In this document: one piece after another, positions 48,383 through 59,114 of the stretch
Layout of the letters: every line of letters begins with the position of its first letter
Position numbering within the stretch: the first letter of the stretch is position 1
Source of the DNA: an uncultured cyanobacterium
Lineage (GTDB): Bacteria; Cyanobacteriota; Cyanobacteriia; Cyanobacteriales; CAWCAG01
NCBI GenBank assembly: GCA_963793425.1
Contig: CAWCAG010000005.1
Location: forward strand, 1,056,001 to 1,120,000
Length of the DNA stretch: 64,000 bases
Direction of reading: 5' to 3'
Position numbers and translations under genes: made by a program
Notes under the pieces: generated by a model
What the model was told of the DNA's origin: nothing
The model's input: only the letters and a program-made list of their open reading frames with translations
The model's database searches: none

Positions 48383-49618
48383 ATGATTCAAACAATAGCC
48401 TCAAAAGAAGCTCGAAATCCCTCAATAATAGCAGGAGATTGTCGGGAAATTGATTTACTTCTCTGTTGTAGCAGAACCTGTTTAGAAGCACCAGTTAAAG
48501 AACAAATAAAAGCTTTAGTCAAACAAGATATTGACTGGTCTAGATTAATTACTATAGCTGAACAACATGGAGTTAAACCTCTTTTATATCAAAGCCTTAA
48601 TCAAGTTTGTGCAAATGCTATTCCGCCAAATATTTTAAATCAACTCAAAAAAGATTTTCGTACTAACGCAGTACGCAACCTTTATTTAACTAGAGAGTTG
48701 CTTAAATTGCTCAAATTATTTACTAGTCATGATATACCTGTTCTTTGTATAAAAGGTCCTGCATTAGCAACTTTAGCCTATGGGGATCTTTCTTTAAGGC
48801 AATTTAGCGATTTAGATATTTTAATTTATGAAAAAGACATTATTAAAAGTAAAGATTTAATACTCTCCCAAGGATTTAAAATGCGCTTTCATGTTATTGA
48901 ATTAACTGAACAAGAAGAAAGTGCTTTTATGGAGTCCCAAAACATTCATAAGTTTGTGCGAGAAGGTGCTTATGAAATGGAATATCAAGGGGGAAAAGTA
49001 GTATTAGAGATACACTGGGAAGTAATTCCTAATTATTTTTCTTTCTCTCTCCAAGCTGATTATTTATGGGCTAATGCTCAGTCTGTTTCTCTACTTGGTC
49101 AAAAAGTATCTCACCTTTGTGTAGAAGACACTTTATTATTACTCTGCGGCCATGGTACGAAAGATTGTTGGGATAAATTGAACCGAGTTTGCGATATTGC
49201 GGAACTACTGCACAACCATCCCCAATTAAACTGGAAAAAAGTCAGAACAGAGGCGAAAAAAAGAGGAGGAGATCGCTTACTACTCCACAGTTTGTTATTA
49301 ACTCACAATCTTTTAGGGATAAGTTTACCTGAAGCTATTTGGCATGAAATTAATCAGGATCAGACAATTAGTGCGATCGCAAATCAAGCTCAAGAATGGC
49401 TTTTCTGTTCCTCTGCTAAACGACCTAAACCATTACAACAGTTTTTGTTTATTTTGAAAACCAAGGAACACCTACGGGATAAACTTAGCTATGCTCTCAG
49501 TATTGCCACAACCCCAACTCTTTCTGACTGGGCTTTATTGCCTCAATCTGACTTACCTCCTGTTTACTACTATTTACTGCGATCTTGGCGTATTTTAAGG
49601 AATACATTGCAGAGATAG
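48383..49618 (+). CDS. Nucleotidyltransferase family protein (NTP_transf_5-like)
   Basis: IKGPALA..YGDLSLRQFSDLDIL, EIHW and HGTKDCW. Confidence 0.88.
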   Translation: MIQTIASKEARNPSIIAGDCREIDLLLCCSRTCLEAPVKEQIKALVKQDIDWSRLITIAEQHGVKPLLYQSLNQVCANAIPPNILNQLKKDFRTNAVRNLYLTRELLKLLKLFTSHDIPVLCIKGPALATLAYGDLSLRQFSDLDILIYEKDIIKSKDLILSQGFKMRFHVIELTEQEESAFMESQNIHKFVREGAYEMEYQGGKVVLEIHWEVIPNYFSFSLQADYLWANAQSVSLLGQKVSHLCVEDTLLLLCGHGTKDCWDKLNRVCDIAELLHNHPQLNWKKVRTEAKKRGGDRLLLHSLLLTHNLLGISLPEAIWHEINQDQTISAIANQAQEWLFCSSAKRPKPLQQFLFILKTKEHLRDKLSYALSIATTPTLSDWALLPQSDLPPVYYYLLRSWRILRNTLQR

Positions 49619-50018
49619 CTTAGCTGTTCGGGTAACAGGGAGGGCATTTAGTAAATAATGCCCTACTCCAAATCTCTTCAGCCTTTTTCTATGCCTACTG
49701 CTGGCATATCTTTGATTCGTGCATCCACTTTGAAACGCTCTAGCAATACGTGGAACATACGTGTCTGTTCCTCAACACTAAGTTGAGCAATCTGCTCAGC
49801 CAATGGCAGTGAAAGAGAACAGGTATTAGACCTCAATTCCCCATATGTAGATTTGCCTTGACTAAAGAGGCTTCGGCACAGAGTAAGTAAATTGTGTAAA
49901 GCTCCACTGGTGAGAGTATAGAGTCGTTGTCCAATAGTTTACTGTTGGTTTGCAGCAAAACTCAACCTTTCAGAATATTTGCTTAGTCTGTAATTGATTT
50001 GATGAAAACCCCATTTTG

Positions 50019-50060
50019 GTATATTTTGTATCTATTTTAATAATCTTCTTTGATTATCAT
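50019..50060 (+). promoter_or_regulatory. Putative NtcA-activated promoter of glnN
   Basis: GTA-N8-ATC (imperfect NtcA box), then exactly 22 nt, then a TATCAT -10 element. Confidence 0.6.
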
Positions 50061-50087
50061 GGTTCGGTAAAACCTTAATAAAAATAT

Positions 50088-52262
50088 ATGAGTGGAAATG
50101 AAGCCCGTCTCCAGGCAGTTCATCAGATCACTAATCAAGAGATGATGCCGCCTAACCCTCCTGAACCCTTAGAAAAGATTTGGGCAGAGAACGTCTTTGA
50201 TTTGAGTAAAATGCAGATGAGTCTCCCCAAAGCTGTCTTCAAATCGATTAAAAAAACCATCGCTACCGGTGAAAAGCTCGACCATTCCATTGCCGATGCC
50301 GTTGCCAATGCCATGAAAGACTGGGCAACATCCAAAGGGGCCCTTTATTACGCCCACGTCTTTTACCCCATGACAAACTTAACCGCAGAAAAGCACGACG
50401 GCTTTATCTCGGTACAAGGAGACGGCAAGGCTATTTCGGAATTTTCCGGTAAATTGTTGGTGCAAGGAGAGCCAGATGGCTCTTCATTCCCCAATGGTGG
50501 TATCCGAGGGACTTCTGAAGCACGGGGCTATACAGCTTGGGATGTTACCAGTCCTGCTTACATCATGGAAACCGACCACGGTTCCACATTCTGCATTCCT
50601 ACGGTTTTTGTCTCTTGGACAGGGGAAGCACTAGATAAAAAAGTGCCACTTTTGCGCTCCATCGCCGCTATGGATAAAGCCGCCAAGAAAGTTCTCAAGC
50701 TATTGGGACACGAAGATGTTGCCCGTGTCAACTCTAGCTGTGGCGCTGAGCAAGAATATTTCTTAGTTGATGCTAATTTTGCTAGGAAACGTCCTGACCT
50801 TCTTGTCGCAGGAAGAACCCTTTTTGGTAAAGCTCCTGCCAAAGGTCAAGAGTTTGACGACCATTACTTTGGGGCAATTCCCGATCGAGTTTTGGTTTTC
50901 ATGCAAGATGTTGAAGAAACCATGTACAAACTCGGTATCCCGGCAAAAACCCGACATAACGAAGTTGCCCCCGGTCAATTTGAAATCGCACCCTTCTTTG
51001 AAGCAGCAAACGTGGCGAGTGATCATCAACAACTCACCATGACCATTCTCAAGCGCACTGCCAAAAAGCACGGCTTTGTTTGCTTACTCCATGAAAAACC
51101 CTTTGCTGGTATCAATGGCTCTGGTAAGCACGTTAACTGGTCTGTGGGCAATGCAACCCAAGGAAACTTACTTGATCCAGGAGATTCTCCCCATGAAAAT
51201 GCTCAGTTCTTGGTTTTCTGTGGTGCAGTCATTCGAGGTGTTCACAAATATGCACCTCTCATGCGTGCTGTCATTGCTAGCAGTAGCAACGACCACCGGT
51301 TAGGAGCAAATGAAGCACCTCCTGCAATTATGTCTGTATATTTGGGGACACAATTAGAAGAAGTCTTCGAGCAGATTAAAAATGGCTCGGTTAGCGGCTC
51401 CAAGAAAAAAGGTGTAATTGATCTGGGGATTGATGTTTTGCCTCCCCTCACCAAAGATGCTGGGGACAGAAACCGCACCTCTCCCTTTGCCTTCACCGGT
51501 AATCGCTTTGAATTCCGTGCTGTAGGTTCAAATCAATCAGTATCAGGACCCTTAGTTGCTCTCAACACCATCTTGGCAGAGTCTCTTGATTGGGTTGGTA
51601 ATCGCTTAGAAAGTGAATTATCTAAGGAAGAGGATCTCAATACTGCTATCGTCACAGTCCTTAAAGAAGTGATGGAAGACCATGGTGCAGTTATTTTTGG
51701 CGGCGATGGTTATTCTGAAGAATGGCACAAAATGGCCGTTGAAGAGCGTGGTTTACCCAACTTACCTACCACAGCAGATGCTTTGCCAGCCCTCAAAGCA
51801 GAATATATTGAAGACTTGTTTAAGAAAACAGGAGTTTTGACACCTGTTGAGCTTGACAGCCGCTTTGAAGTTTATGCAGAGCAGTATATTCTTTCTATTG
51901 AAGTTGAAGCCAAGCTGGTAGTTAACATGGCGAAGACAGTTATTTATCCCACAGCAGTGGCATATTTATCAGAGCTTTCTTCTACCATTGCTAGTTTGAC
52001 TGGTTTGGGAATTGACCTGGAAAAGGATAGTGCCAAAAAAGTGGCAAGCCTAACCAATTCTCTGGTTGAAGCAACTGGCAAGCTGAGTGCAGCCATGGAA
52101 AAACATGACTTCCCCTCAACTGAAGAGCATATGAACTATTGCGCCCAGACAATTCGCTCTTTAATGGATGAAGTTCGTGGCTATGCTGATGCCCTAGAAG
52201 GTGAAGTTGCTGATAGCTTCTGGCCATTGCCAACTTACCAAGAAATGCTATTCATCAAGTAA
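50088..52262 (+). CDS. glnN: Glutamine synthetase type III
   Basis: 724 aa; [45 protein letters not shown] and WPLPTY. Confidence 0.96.
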   Translation: MSGNEARLQAVHQITNQEMMPPNPPEPLEKIWAENVFDLSKMQMSLPKAVFKSIKKTIATGEKLDHSIADAVANAMKDWATSKGALYYAHVFYPMTNLTAEKHDGFISVQGDGKAISEFSGKLLVQGEPDGSSFPNGGIRGTSEARGYTAWDVTSPAYIMETDHGSTFCIPTVFVSWTGEALDKKVPLLRSIAAMDKAAKKVLKLLGHEDVARVNSSCGAEQEYFLVDANFARKRPDLLVAGRTLFGKAPAKGQEFDDHYFGAIPDRVLVFMQDVEETMYKLGIPAKTRHNEVAPGQFEIAPFFEAANVASDHQQLTMTILKRTAKKHGFVCLLHEKPFAGINGSGKHVNWSVGNATQGNLLDPGDSPHENAQFLVFCGAVIRGVHKYAPLMRAVIASSSNDHRLGANEAPPAIMSVYLGTQLEEVFEQIKNGSVSGSKKKGVIDLGIDVLPPLTKDAGDRNRTSPFAFTGNRFEFRAVGSNQSVSGPLVALNTILAESLDWVGNRLESELSKEEDLNTAIVTVLKEVMEDHGAVIFGGDGYSEEWHKMAVEERGLPNLPTTADALPALKAEYIEDLFKKTGVLTPVELDSRFEVYAEQYILSIEVEAKLVVNMAKTVIYPTAVAYLSELSSTIASLTGLGIDLEKDSAKKVASLTNSLVEATGKLSAAMEKHDFPSTEEHMNYCAQTIRSLMDEVRGYADALEGEVADSFWPLPTYQEMLFIK

Positions 52263-52423
52263 GAGTAAACCCACTCATTCTATCCTCACTTTCTCCTAAA
52301 GGTTAAAACTCAAAAAGTTGAAACTAAAAGGAGAAAAAGGACAGGGGCATCTTTTCATTGAACATTGAACATTTATCATTAAACATTGAAGAATTTTTGT
52401 TCCATAAACGTTTTAAACAAATA

Positions 52424-53365
52424 CTATTCTAAATTAGCTAAATTTATTTCTGATTTTTCGCCGTTGTGGATAGTTTTACTGCCTTTTAATTTAGATAATA
52501 ATTCCTCAGTTAATTTCGCAAAAGCTTTAGAACCTACAGAGTTAGGGCTAGTTAAAACAACAGGTCTAAAGGCATCCACCGCTTTGGCTACGTTGACATC
52601 CATAGGAATGCGAACATCAAAAATTTGGCTGGGGCTGAAGTCTTCAGAAACTCTCCGCATCACCTGGCGATAGTAGCGCCCAACTAAACGACCTCCGGAA
52701 AGAATAAAAACAATACCCAATAGTTTTAAATCAAAAGGATTATCTTGACTGTGATTTTCTTTTAGTTTGGCAACACGTCTTTCTAATAGTTGAATGCCCA
52801 CCAAAGATAAAGGCTCAGGACGGGCAGGAAGTAAATAAAAGTCGCTAGCAGCAATACCACTTCGGGTTAAAAGATTATAGCCAGGGGCGCAGTCCATAAT
52901 AATAAAATCATACTGCTTAATTACTGGTTCGAGGATTTTTCTAATTAAATTACTTTCTAAACTATTCCAAACTTGATTGAAATTAAGCCCATTTTGAGAA
53001 CTAGCTTTTTCATGGAGCATTTCCGAGACTAAATATTCATCATAAAGTTCAATGTCCCCCGGCAACAAATCCATTCCTTTGACACTACAAATATAGGGAC
53101 AAATCAGATCCTGGGTAGAAAACTTTTTTTTAGTATTCGGTTTAATATATTGAGCAATTAAATTATTTAAAGTGCGCCTTTCTTTCCTCACTTTGGCAAA
53201 ATCATGGGGCGACATTAAGCTTAAGGTAGCGCTGATTTGCGAATCTAGGTCAACTACTAAGACTCGCTTGTTATGATTTCTGGCTAAACAAGTGGCTAAA
53301 TTAACCGTTAAAGTCGTCTTCCCGACACCACCTTTCATATTAACCGTACTAATGACAAATCCCAT
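52424..53365 (-). CDS. ParA family ATPase
   Basis: KGGVGKTT, DLDSQ and DCAPG. Confidence 0.92.
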   Translation of the reverse strand: MGFVISTVNMKGGVGKTTLTVNLATCLARNHNKRVLVVDLDSQISATLSLMSPHDFAKVRKERRTLNNLIAQYIKPNTKKKFSTQDLICPYICSVKGMDLLPGDIELYDEYLVSEMLHEKASSQNGLNFNQVWNSLESNLIRKILEPVIKQYDFIIMDCAPGYNLLTRSGIAASDFYLLPARPEPLSLVGIQLLERRVAKLKENHSQDNPFDLKLLGIVFILSGGRLVGRYYRQVMRRVSEDFSPSQIFDVRIPMDVNVAKAVDAFRPVVLTSPNSVGSKAFAKLTEELLSKLKGSKTIHNGEKSEINLANLE

Positions 53366-53748
53366 GGGCAGAATCCAATCCCTTTAAATAAAAGCGTTAG
53401 CCAACATTATAGATTAGCCAAAATCCCATTTTAGTCTTTCGTTGTTGAGGAACTCACCCTTCTTTAGGGGAAGAACAAGATTTGAAACTATCCTTCATAA
53501 ACGCAAGGGCTACAGTATACTCAGTTCTGCTAAAATTCAGGGGTCGAAGTCATATCCTATAATTATTATAACCTTTGGGGTCGCCCTTGACGGGAATTAA
53601 AGGTAGGGCAGGCGACCCGATGTAATCAGTTTTCAACTCTCCAAGTTAATGAAAACGGGTCGCCTCTACAGAGAATGTTGGTTTTCAGGCTAAGGATGTT
53701 TTTACAAATATGAGATGCACCCGGTGATTTCGTAGTGGATAAGTTAAT

Positions 53749-54537
53749 TCAGTAACGAATTAGTAGAATGGGGTGTACCAAAAGAAGACATCGTTTTAGC
53801 CTATTATGCTCCTTATAAACGCCCATATACTGGATTTGCTGTTGATTGATATTAAGCTTTGGAGCCATTTTTGTGGCATGACCTCTGGAATTAAACAGAA
53901 TACCAATTAAATCAATTTGAGTGCGATCGCTCTTTTTCAATTGTTGTATTCTACCTTCTAATATACCAACACCAATAACAGATAAGGGTTCGGGTTTAGC
54001 AGGGACAAGATAGAAGTCGCTGGCGAGGATGCCGCTACGGGTGAGTAAATGATCTCCTGGGGGAAAGTCTAGCAAGATGAAATCATATTCATCTATTACT
54101 GGTTTGAGAATTTTCTTGATTAACTCATCTTCAAATTTTTGCCAATTACGTTCAAATTCTTGCAGATTGCCTTGAGATTGGGAATAAATAACTGCTGCTA
54201 TGTAAAAGTCATTATAAAGTTCAATATCTCCTGGTAACAAATCAAAACCAGGAATCTGACAAATCTCGCGCTTGATGACTTCTTGGGTAGAGAGATGATT
54301 TTGATTAATCGGTTGAATAATTTGGTTAATTAAGGTTCTTAAGGTGAATTTCTCTTTCTTTAATTTGGTGAAATATACAGGCGGTAACAGACTTAGGGTG
54401 GCGTTGATTTGCATATCTAAATCTACTACCAAGACTTTTTTATTAAAATCTTTAGCTAAACAGGTGGCTAAGTTAACCGTAACGGTAGTTTTGCCTACGC
54501 CGCCTTTCATATTAACGATAGAAACTACATATCCCAT
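53749..54537 (-). pseudogene. Second ParA family ATPase, C-terminally truncated
   Basis: KGGVGKTT and DFPPG; similarity to the neighbouring ParA ends near 53855 and the tail is the antisense of the xisI fragment. Confidence 0.75.
53751..53849 (+). pseudogene. XisI-family 3' fragment
   Basis: Manual translation SNELVEWGVPKEDIVLAYYAPYKRPYTGFAVD*; no start codon. Confidence 0.8.
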
Positions 54538-55023
54538 AAAATCATTTTAAGCTGATTTTCTCACTGATTGAGAGGATTTTTACTTTTAGGGAAGTTTGCG
54601 ATCGCAATTCAGCTTAGTTGCCTAATTTGTCTTGCTGTTTTCTCCCTTGAAATGATATTATGTATATTGTGAAAAAGGTGCGCTCTTAGAAACGCTTTTT
54701 CAAAGGTATTTTTTAATTCTTTTCAGTTAAGAATTTTTTTATTTATTGGCGCTGATTTTATGGTATTCTTTTTTTTAAAGAAAAACTTTTATAATGGGAA
54801 TATAAGCATCTGTATTTTTAAGCCACCATTCCCATTATGATACTCAAAATTAACTTTATCATAAAATTGCGCCTTTAGTTCGTTTAAATTCTTCTTTACT
54901 CAAAGGGACTTCCCCCGCCATCTTTTGTGGAAAGATTTTCTTTTGCTGCTGTAGGCTTTTTTTTATATAGTTAGGATGGTAAGAAATAGTACTATTGCCA
55001 ATATCTCAACTATCCTGAAAACA

Positions 55024-57891
55024 GTGACAGAAGCTAAAAGTTACAAAGAAACCGTCAATTTGCCCCAAACCAAATTTAATATGCGGGCTAACGCTGTTAA
55101 GCGGGAGCCTGAACTGCAAAAGTTTTGGTCAGACAATCAAATTTACGAAAAACTGTCCCAGGATAATCCCGGAGATATTTTTGTTTTGCATGACGGACCT
55201 CCCTATGCTAACGGTGACTTGCATATGGGTCATGCCTTAAATAAAGTACTTAAAGATATTATCAACAAATATAAATTGTTGCGGGGTTACAAAGCTCGTT
55301 ACGTTCCTGGTTGGGACTGTCACGGTTTGCCCATTGAATTGAAAGTCCTGCAAAAAATGAAATCTGAGGTGAGGAAGAATCTTACTCCCTTGAAATTGCG
55401 CTACAAGGCTAGGGATTTTGCCTTAAAGACCATTGAGAAACAAAAGGTTGGTTTTAAACGCTTTGGTATTTGGGGAGAATGGGAAACCCCTTACTTAACC
55501 TTGTCTCCAGAATACGAAGCCGCCCAAATTGGTGTCTTTGGACAGATGGCTTTGAAAGGTTATATTTATCGGGGTTTAAAACCAGTACATTGGAGTCCTA
55601 GTTCCCGCACTGCCCTAGCCGAAGCAGAGTTAGAATATCCTGAAGGGCATACCTCCCGGAGTATTTACGTTGCCTTCCCAGTAACGAAGTTGGGAGAGGG
55701 TGCAAAAAAAGTTTTAGGTGAATTTTTACCTAACCTCAATGTTGCCATTTGGACAACCACTCCTTGGACAATCCCCGCTAACTTAGGGGTTGCAGCTAAC
55801 CCTAAGCTTACCTACGCAGTGGTTGAGAATGGAAACCGAAAGCATTTTATTGTGGCCGCAGATTTAGTTGAACAGTTGGCTGCAACCTTAGAAACTAGTT
55901 TAACGGTGAAAGCAACCCTCTCCGGAGAAGCCTTAGAACATACGAAATATCGCCATCCTTTGTTTGATCGGGAAAGCGAAGTTCTCATCGGTGGTGATTA
56001 TGTTACCACAGCCTCCGGTACAGGTTTGGTACATACAGCCCCCGGCCATGGTAGCGATGACTATCTTGTGGGGCAACGTTATGGTTTGCCTGTACTTTCT
56101 CCTGTAGATGATGCCGGGAACTTTACTGATGAAGCAGGGCAGTTTGCTGGGTTGAATGTGCTTAAGGATGCTAACGGTGCAATTATCGCTGCTTTAACCG
56201 AAGCAGGGGCTTTATTGAAAGAAGAAGCCTACAGTCATAAATATCCCTATGATTGGCGTACTAAAAAACCTACCATTTTCCGGGCAACAGAACAGTGGTT
56301 TGCATCGGTGGCTGAGTTTAGGGATACGGCTTTAGAGGAGATTGCGAAAATTAATTGGATTCCGGCGAAGGGAGAGAAACGCATTACACCAATGGTTGCA
56401 GATCGTTCTGATTGGTGTATTTCTCGGCAACGTAGTTGGGGTGTTCCCATTCCCGTTTTTTATGACGAGGAAAGCAACGAAGCTTTATTAAACCAAGAGA
56501 CAATCTCCCACATTCAAGAAATTGTGGCAGAGAAAGGTTCTGATGCTTGGTGGCAACTCTCTGTAGAGGAACTTTTGCCAGAAAAATATCGTAACAATGG
56601 ACGCAGTTACCGCAAAGGCACAGATACCATGGATGTTTGGTTTGATTCTGGTTCATCTTGGGCTTCAGTGGTTAAACAAAGGGACAATTTAACCTACCCC
56701 GCAGATATTTATTTAGAAGGTACTGATCAGCATCGGGGTTGGTTTCAATCTAGCTTACTAACCAGCGTTGCCGTGAATGATTGCGCTCCCTACAAAACTG
56801 TTTTAACCCACGGTTTTACCTTGGATGAAAAGGGTGTGAAAATGAGTAAATCTCAAGGTAATGGTATTGATCCTTTAGTGATTATCAACGGGGGCAAAAA
56901 CCAGAAAAAAGAACCTGCTTACGGTGCAGATGTGATGCGGCTGTGGGTTTCTTCTACAGATTACTCTTCTGATGTCACCTTCGGCCCCAACATTGTTAAG
57001 CAATTAGCGGATGTCTATCGTAAGATTCGCAACACAGCCAGATTTCTTTTAGGTAACTTACATGATTTTGATCCGGCAAGCAATTCAGTTGCTTATGCAG
57101 ACTTGCCAGAATTAGATCAATATATGTTGCATCGCATCACAGAAGTATTTACCGATGTCACCGAAGCTTTTGAAACGTTCCAATTCTTCCGCTTCTTCCA
57201 AACCGTACAAAACTTTTGTGTTGTTGATCTTTCCAACTTCTACCTTGATATTGCTAAAGATCGTTTATACATCTCCTACCCCGACTCTCCCCGTCGCCGC
57301 AGTTGCCAAACAGTTTTAGCTGTTGCTTTAGAAAATTTAGCCTCTGCGATCGCACCAGTGATGTGTCATATGGCAGAAGATATTTGGCAAGCTTTCCCTT
57401 ACCAAACTCCTACCAAATCAGTGTTTGCTGCTGGTTGGATAGAGTTAAAAGAAGAATGGCACAAACCGGAATTAGCACAAACTTGGACAACCTTAAGAGA
57501 AATTCGCAACGAGGTTAACAAAGTGATGGAACAAGCTAGGATAGAAAAAAAGATTGGATCTTCATTGGAAGCTAAGGTTTTATTGTACATTGCTGATGAA
57601 GAATTACGGAATCGCCTTGCTACATTCAATCCCAATGACAGTTTAGGAGAAAATCGCATTGATGCCTTACGTTATCTCCTCCTTGCTTCCCAAGTAGAGT
57701 TATTAGATAACCCTAAAAAGGCAGAAGCAGCTAAGTACAATGCCCAGGCAGAAGGAATGACGATCGGGATTGTTAACGCTGATGGGGAAAAGTGCGATCG
57801 CTGTTGGAATTATTCAAGCCAGGTGGGACAAATCACAGAACATCCTACTATTTGTGAACGTTGCGATGCTGCATTAAAAGAGAAGTTTTAA
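55024..57891 (+). CDS. ileS: Isoleucine--tRNA ligase
   Basis: HDGPPYANG.LHMGH, GWDCHGLPIE, KMSKS and a C-terminal CDRC..CERC zinc motif; GTG 55024 is the likely start. Confidence 0.97.
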   Translation: MTEAKSYKETVNLPQTKFNMRANAVKREPELQKFWSDNQIYEKLSQDNPGDIFVLHDGPPYANGDLHMGHALNKVLKDIINKYKLLRGYKARYVPGWDCHGLPIELKVLQKMKSEVRKNLTPLKLRYKARDFALKTIEKQKVGFKRFGIWGEWETPYLTLSPEYEAAQIGVFGQMALKGYIYRGLKPVHWSPSSRTALAEAELEYPEGHTSRSIYVAFPVTKLGEGAKKVLGEFLPNLNVAIWTTTPWTIPANLGVAANPKLTYAVVENGNRKHFIVAADLVEQLAATLETSLTVKATLSGEALEHTKYRHPLFDRESEVLIGGDYVTTASGTGLVHTAPGHGSDDYLVGQRYGLPVLSPVDDAGNFTDEAGQFAGLNVLKDANGAIIAALTEAGALLKEEAYSHKYPYDWRTKKPTIFRATEQWFASVAEFRDTALEEIAKINWIPAKGEKRITPMVADRSDWCISRQRSWGVPIPVFYDEESNEALLNQETISHIQEIVAEKGSDAWWQLSVEELLPEKYRNNGRSYRKGTDTMDVWFDSGSSWASVVKQRDNLTYPADIYLEGTDQHRGWFQSSLLTSVAVNDCAPYKTVLTHGFTLDEKGVKMSKSQGNGIDPLVIINGGKNQKKEPAYGADVMRLWVSSTDYSSDVTFGPNIVKQLADVYRKIRNTARFLLGNLHDFDPASNSVAYADLPELDQYMLHRITEVFTDVTEAFETFQFFRFFQTVQNFCVVDLSNFYLDIAKDRLYISYPDSPRRRSCQTVLAVALENLASAIAPVMCHMAEDIWQAFPYQTPTKSVFAAGWIELKEEWHKPELAQTWTTLREIRNEVNKVMEQARIEKKIGSSLEAKVLLYIADEELRNRLATFNPNDSLGENRIDALRYLLLASQVELLDNPKKAEAAKYNAQAEGMTIGIVNADGEKCDRCWNYSSQVGQITEHPTICERCDAALKEKF

Positions 57892-58032
57892 TAGGATTCT
57901 GCTAATGGCTAATGGCTAATCGTGACAAGTTAAGGTTTTGTGTAATTCGGTAGGGTGGGCAAGCTGACGGGGTGACAGAGGAGTTAAAAGGAAGACTATA
58001 TATAACATGAAACGCCTAAAATGCTGTAATCT

Positions 58033-58061
58033 TAGGGTGTGTTAGCGCAGCGTAACGCACC
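58033..58061. repeat. REP-like hairpin
   Basis: GGTGTGTTA-GCGCAGCG-TAACGCACC. Confidence 0.6.
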
Positions 58062-58144
58062 TTTGACTCTATATGTGGTGTATAGAAATTGCTATAATGA
58101 CTGTTGTGAGTAAAAATGTTTTAATGCTTAATGTTCAATAAGCA

Positions 58145-59092
58145 ATGACACAAGAATTAGCCATAGAAACTCGTGGACTTACTAAGCAATTTGATCGCCA
58201 TGTTGCTGTTCGGGAAATGGATCTGCAAATAGCTTGCGGTGAAGTTTATGGTTTAATTGGCCCTAATGGGGCAGGAAAAACCACTTTAATTCGGATGTTA
58301 GCTGCAGCAGAAGAACCAACAAATGGGGAAATTTATCTCAATGGCGATCGCCTCACCAGAGATGATAGCAACCTAACTCTTAAACAACGTTTAGGTTATC
58401 TTCCTGACGACTTCCCTTTATATGAAGATTTAACAGTTTGGGATTATCTTGACTATTTTGCCCGGTTGTATCGCCTCAAGCAACCTCAACGCCATCGTAG
58501 GTTGTACGAAGTGTTGGAACTAGTACAGTTAGGGAATAAGCGCCGTAGCGTTATTTCTACTTTATCACGGGGGATGAAACAGCGTCTCAGTTTGGCTCGA
58601 ACTATTATCCACGAACCGATTTTACTGCTTTTAGATGAACCTGTTTCCGGCTTAGATCCTATCGCGAGAATGCAGTTTCGTGACATCATTAAAGTATTGC
58701 AAGAAGCCGGGATGACAATCTTAATTTCTTCCCATGTCCTTAGTGATTTAGCCGAATTATGTACCTCAGTGGGGATTATGGAGTTAGGTTACTTAGTAGA
58801 AAATGCTTCATTGCCAGAACTTTATCAACGTTTAAGCCAAAAGCAAATTACTATTTCCACCTTAGATAAATTAGACTTATTACAAGCCCAGTTAAGCAAC
58901 AATCCTTTAGTACAAGAGTGGCAAGTTTTTGGGAAAAATAGTTTGCGAGTTAACTTTTCTGGAGGAACTCAAGATAGTGTAAATTTGTTGCGATCGCTAG
59001 TAAAATTAGATATTCCCCTGACAGGCTTCCATTGTACTGAAGAGGATTTAGAAAGTATTTTTCTCAAACTAGGACATCAACAAGCCATCTAA
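58145..59092 (+). CDS. ABC transporter ATP-binding protein (ABC-2 type)
   Basis: GPNGAGKT, LSRGMKQR, LLDEP and SSH. Confidence 0.95.
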   Translation: MTQELAIETRGLTKQFDRHVAVREMDLQIACGEVYGLIGPNGAGKTTLIRMLAAAEEPTNGEIYLNGDRLTRDDSNLTLKQRLGYLPDDFPLYEDLTVWDYLDYFARLYRLKQPQRHRRLYEVLELVQLGNKRRSVISTLSRGMKQRLSLARTIIHEPILLLLDEPVSGLDPIARMQFRDIIKVLQEAGMTILISSHVLSDLAELCTSVGIMELGYLVENASLPELYQRLSQKQITISTLDKLDLLQAQLSNNPLVQEWQVFGKNSLRVNFSGGTQDSVNLLRSLVKLDIPLTGFHCTEEDLESIFLKLGHQQAI

Positions 59093-59114
59093 TTTTTGAT
59101 TTTCAACTTGTATT

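Noticed and set aside
54538..55023. T-box or other riboswitch upstream of ileS
   Set aside because: AT-rich, with no T-box consensus or convincing terminator/antiterminator.
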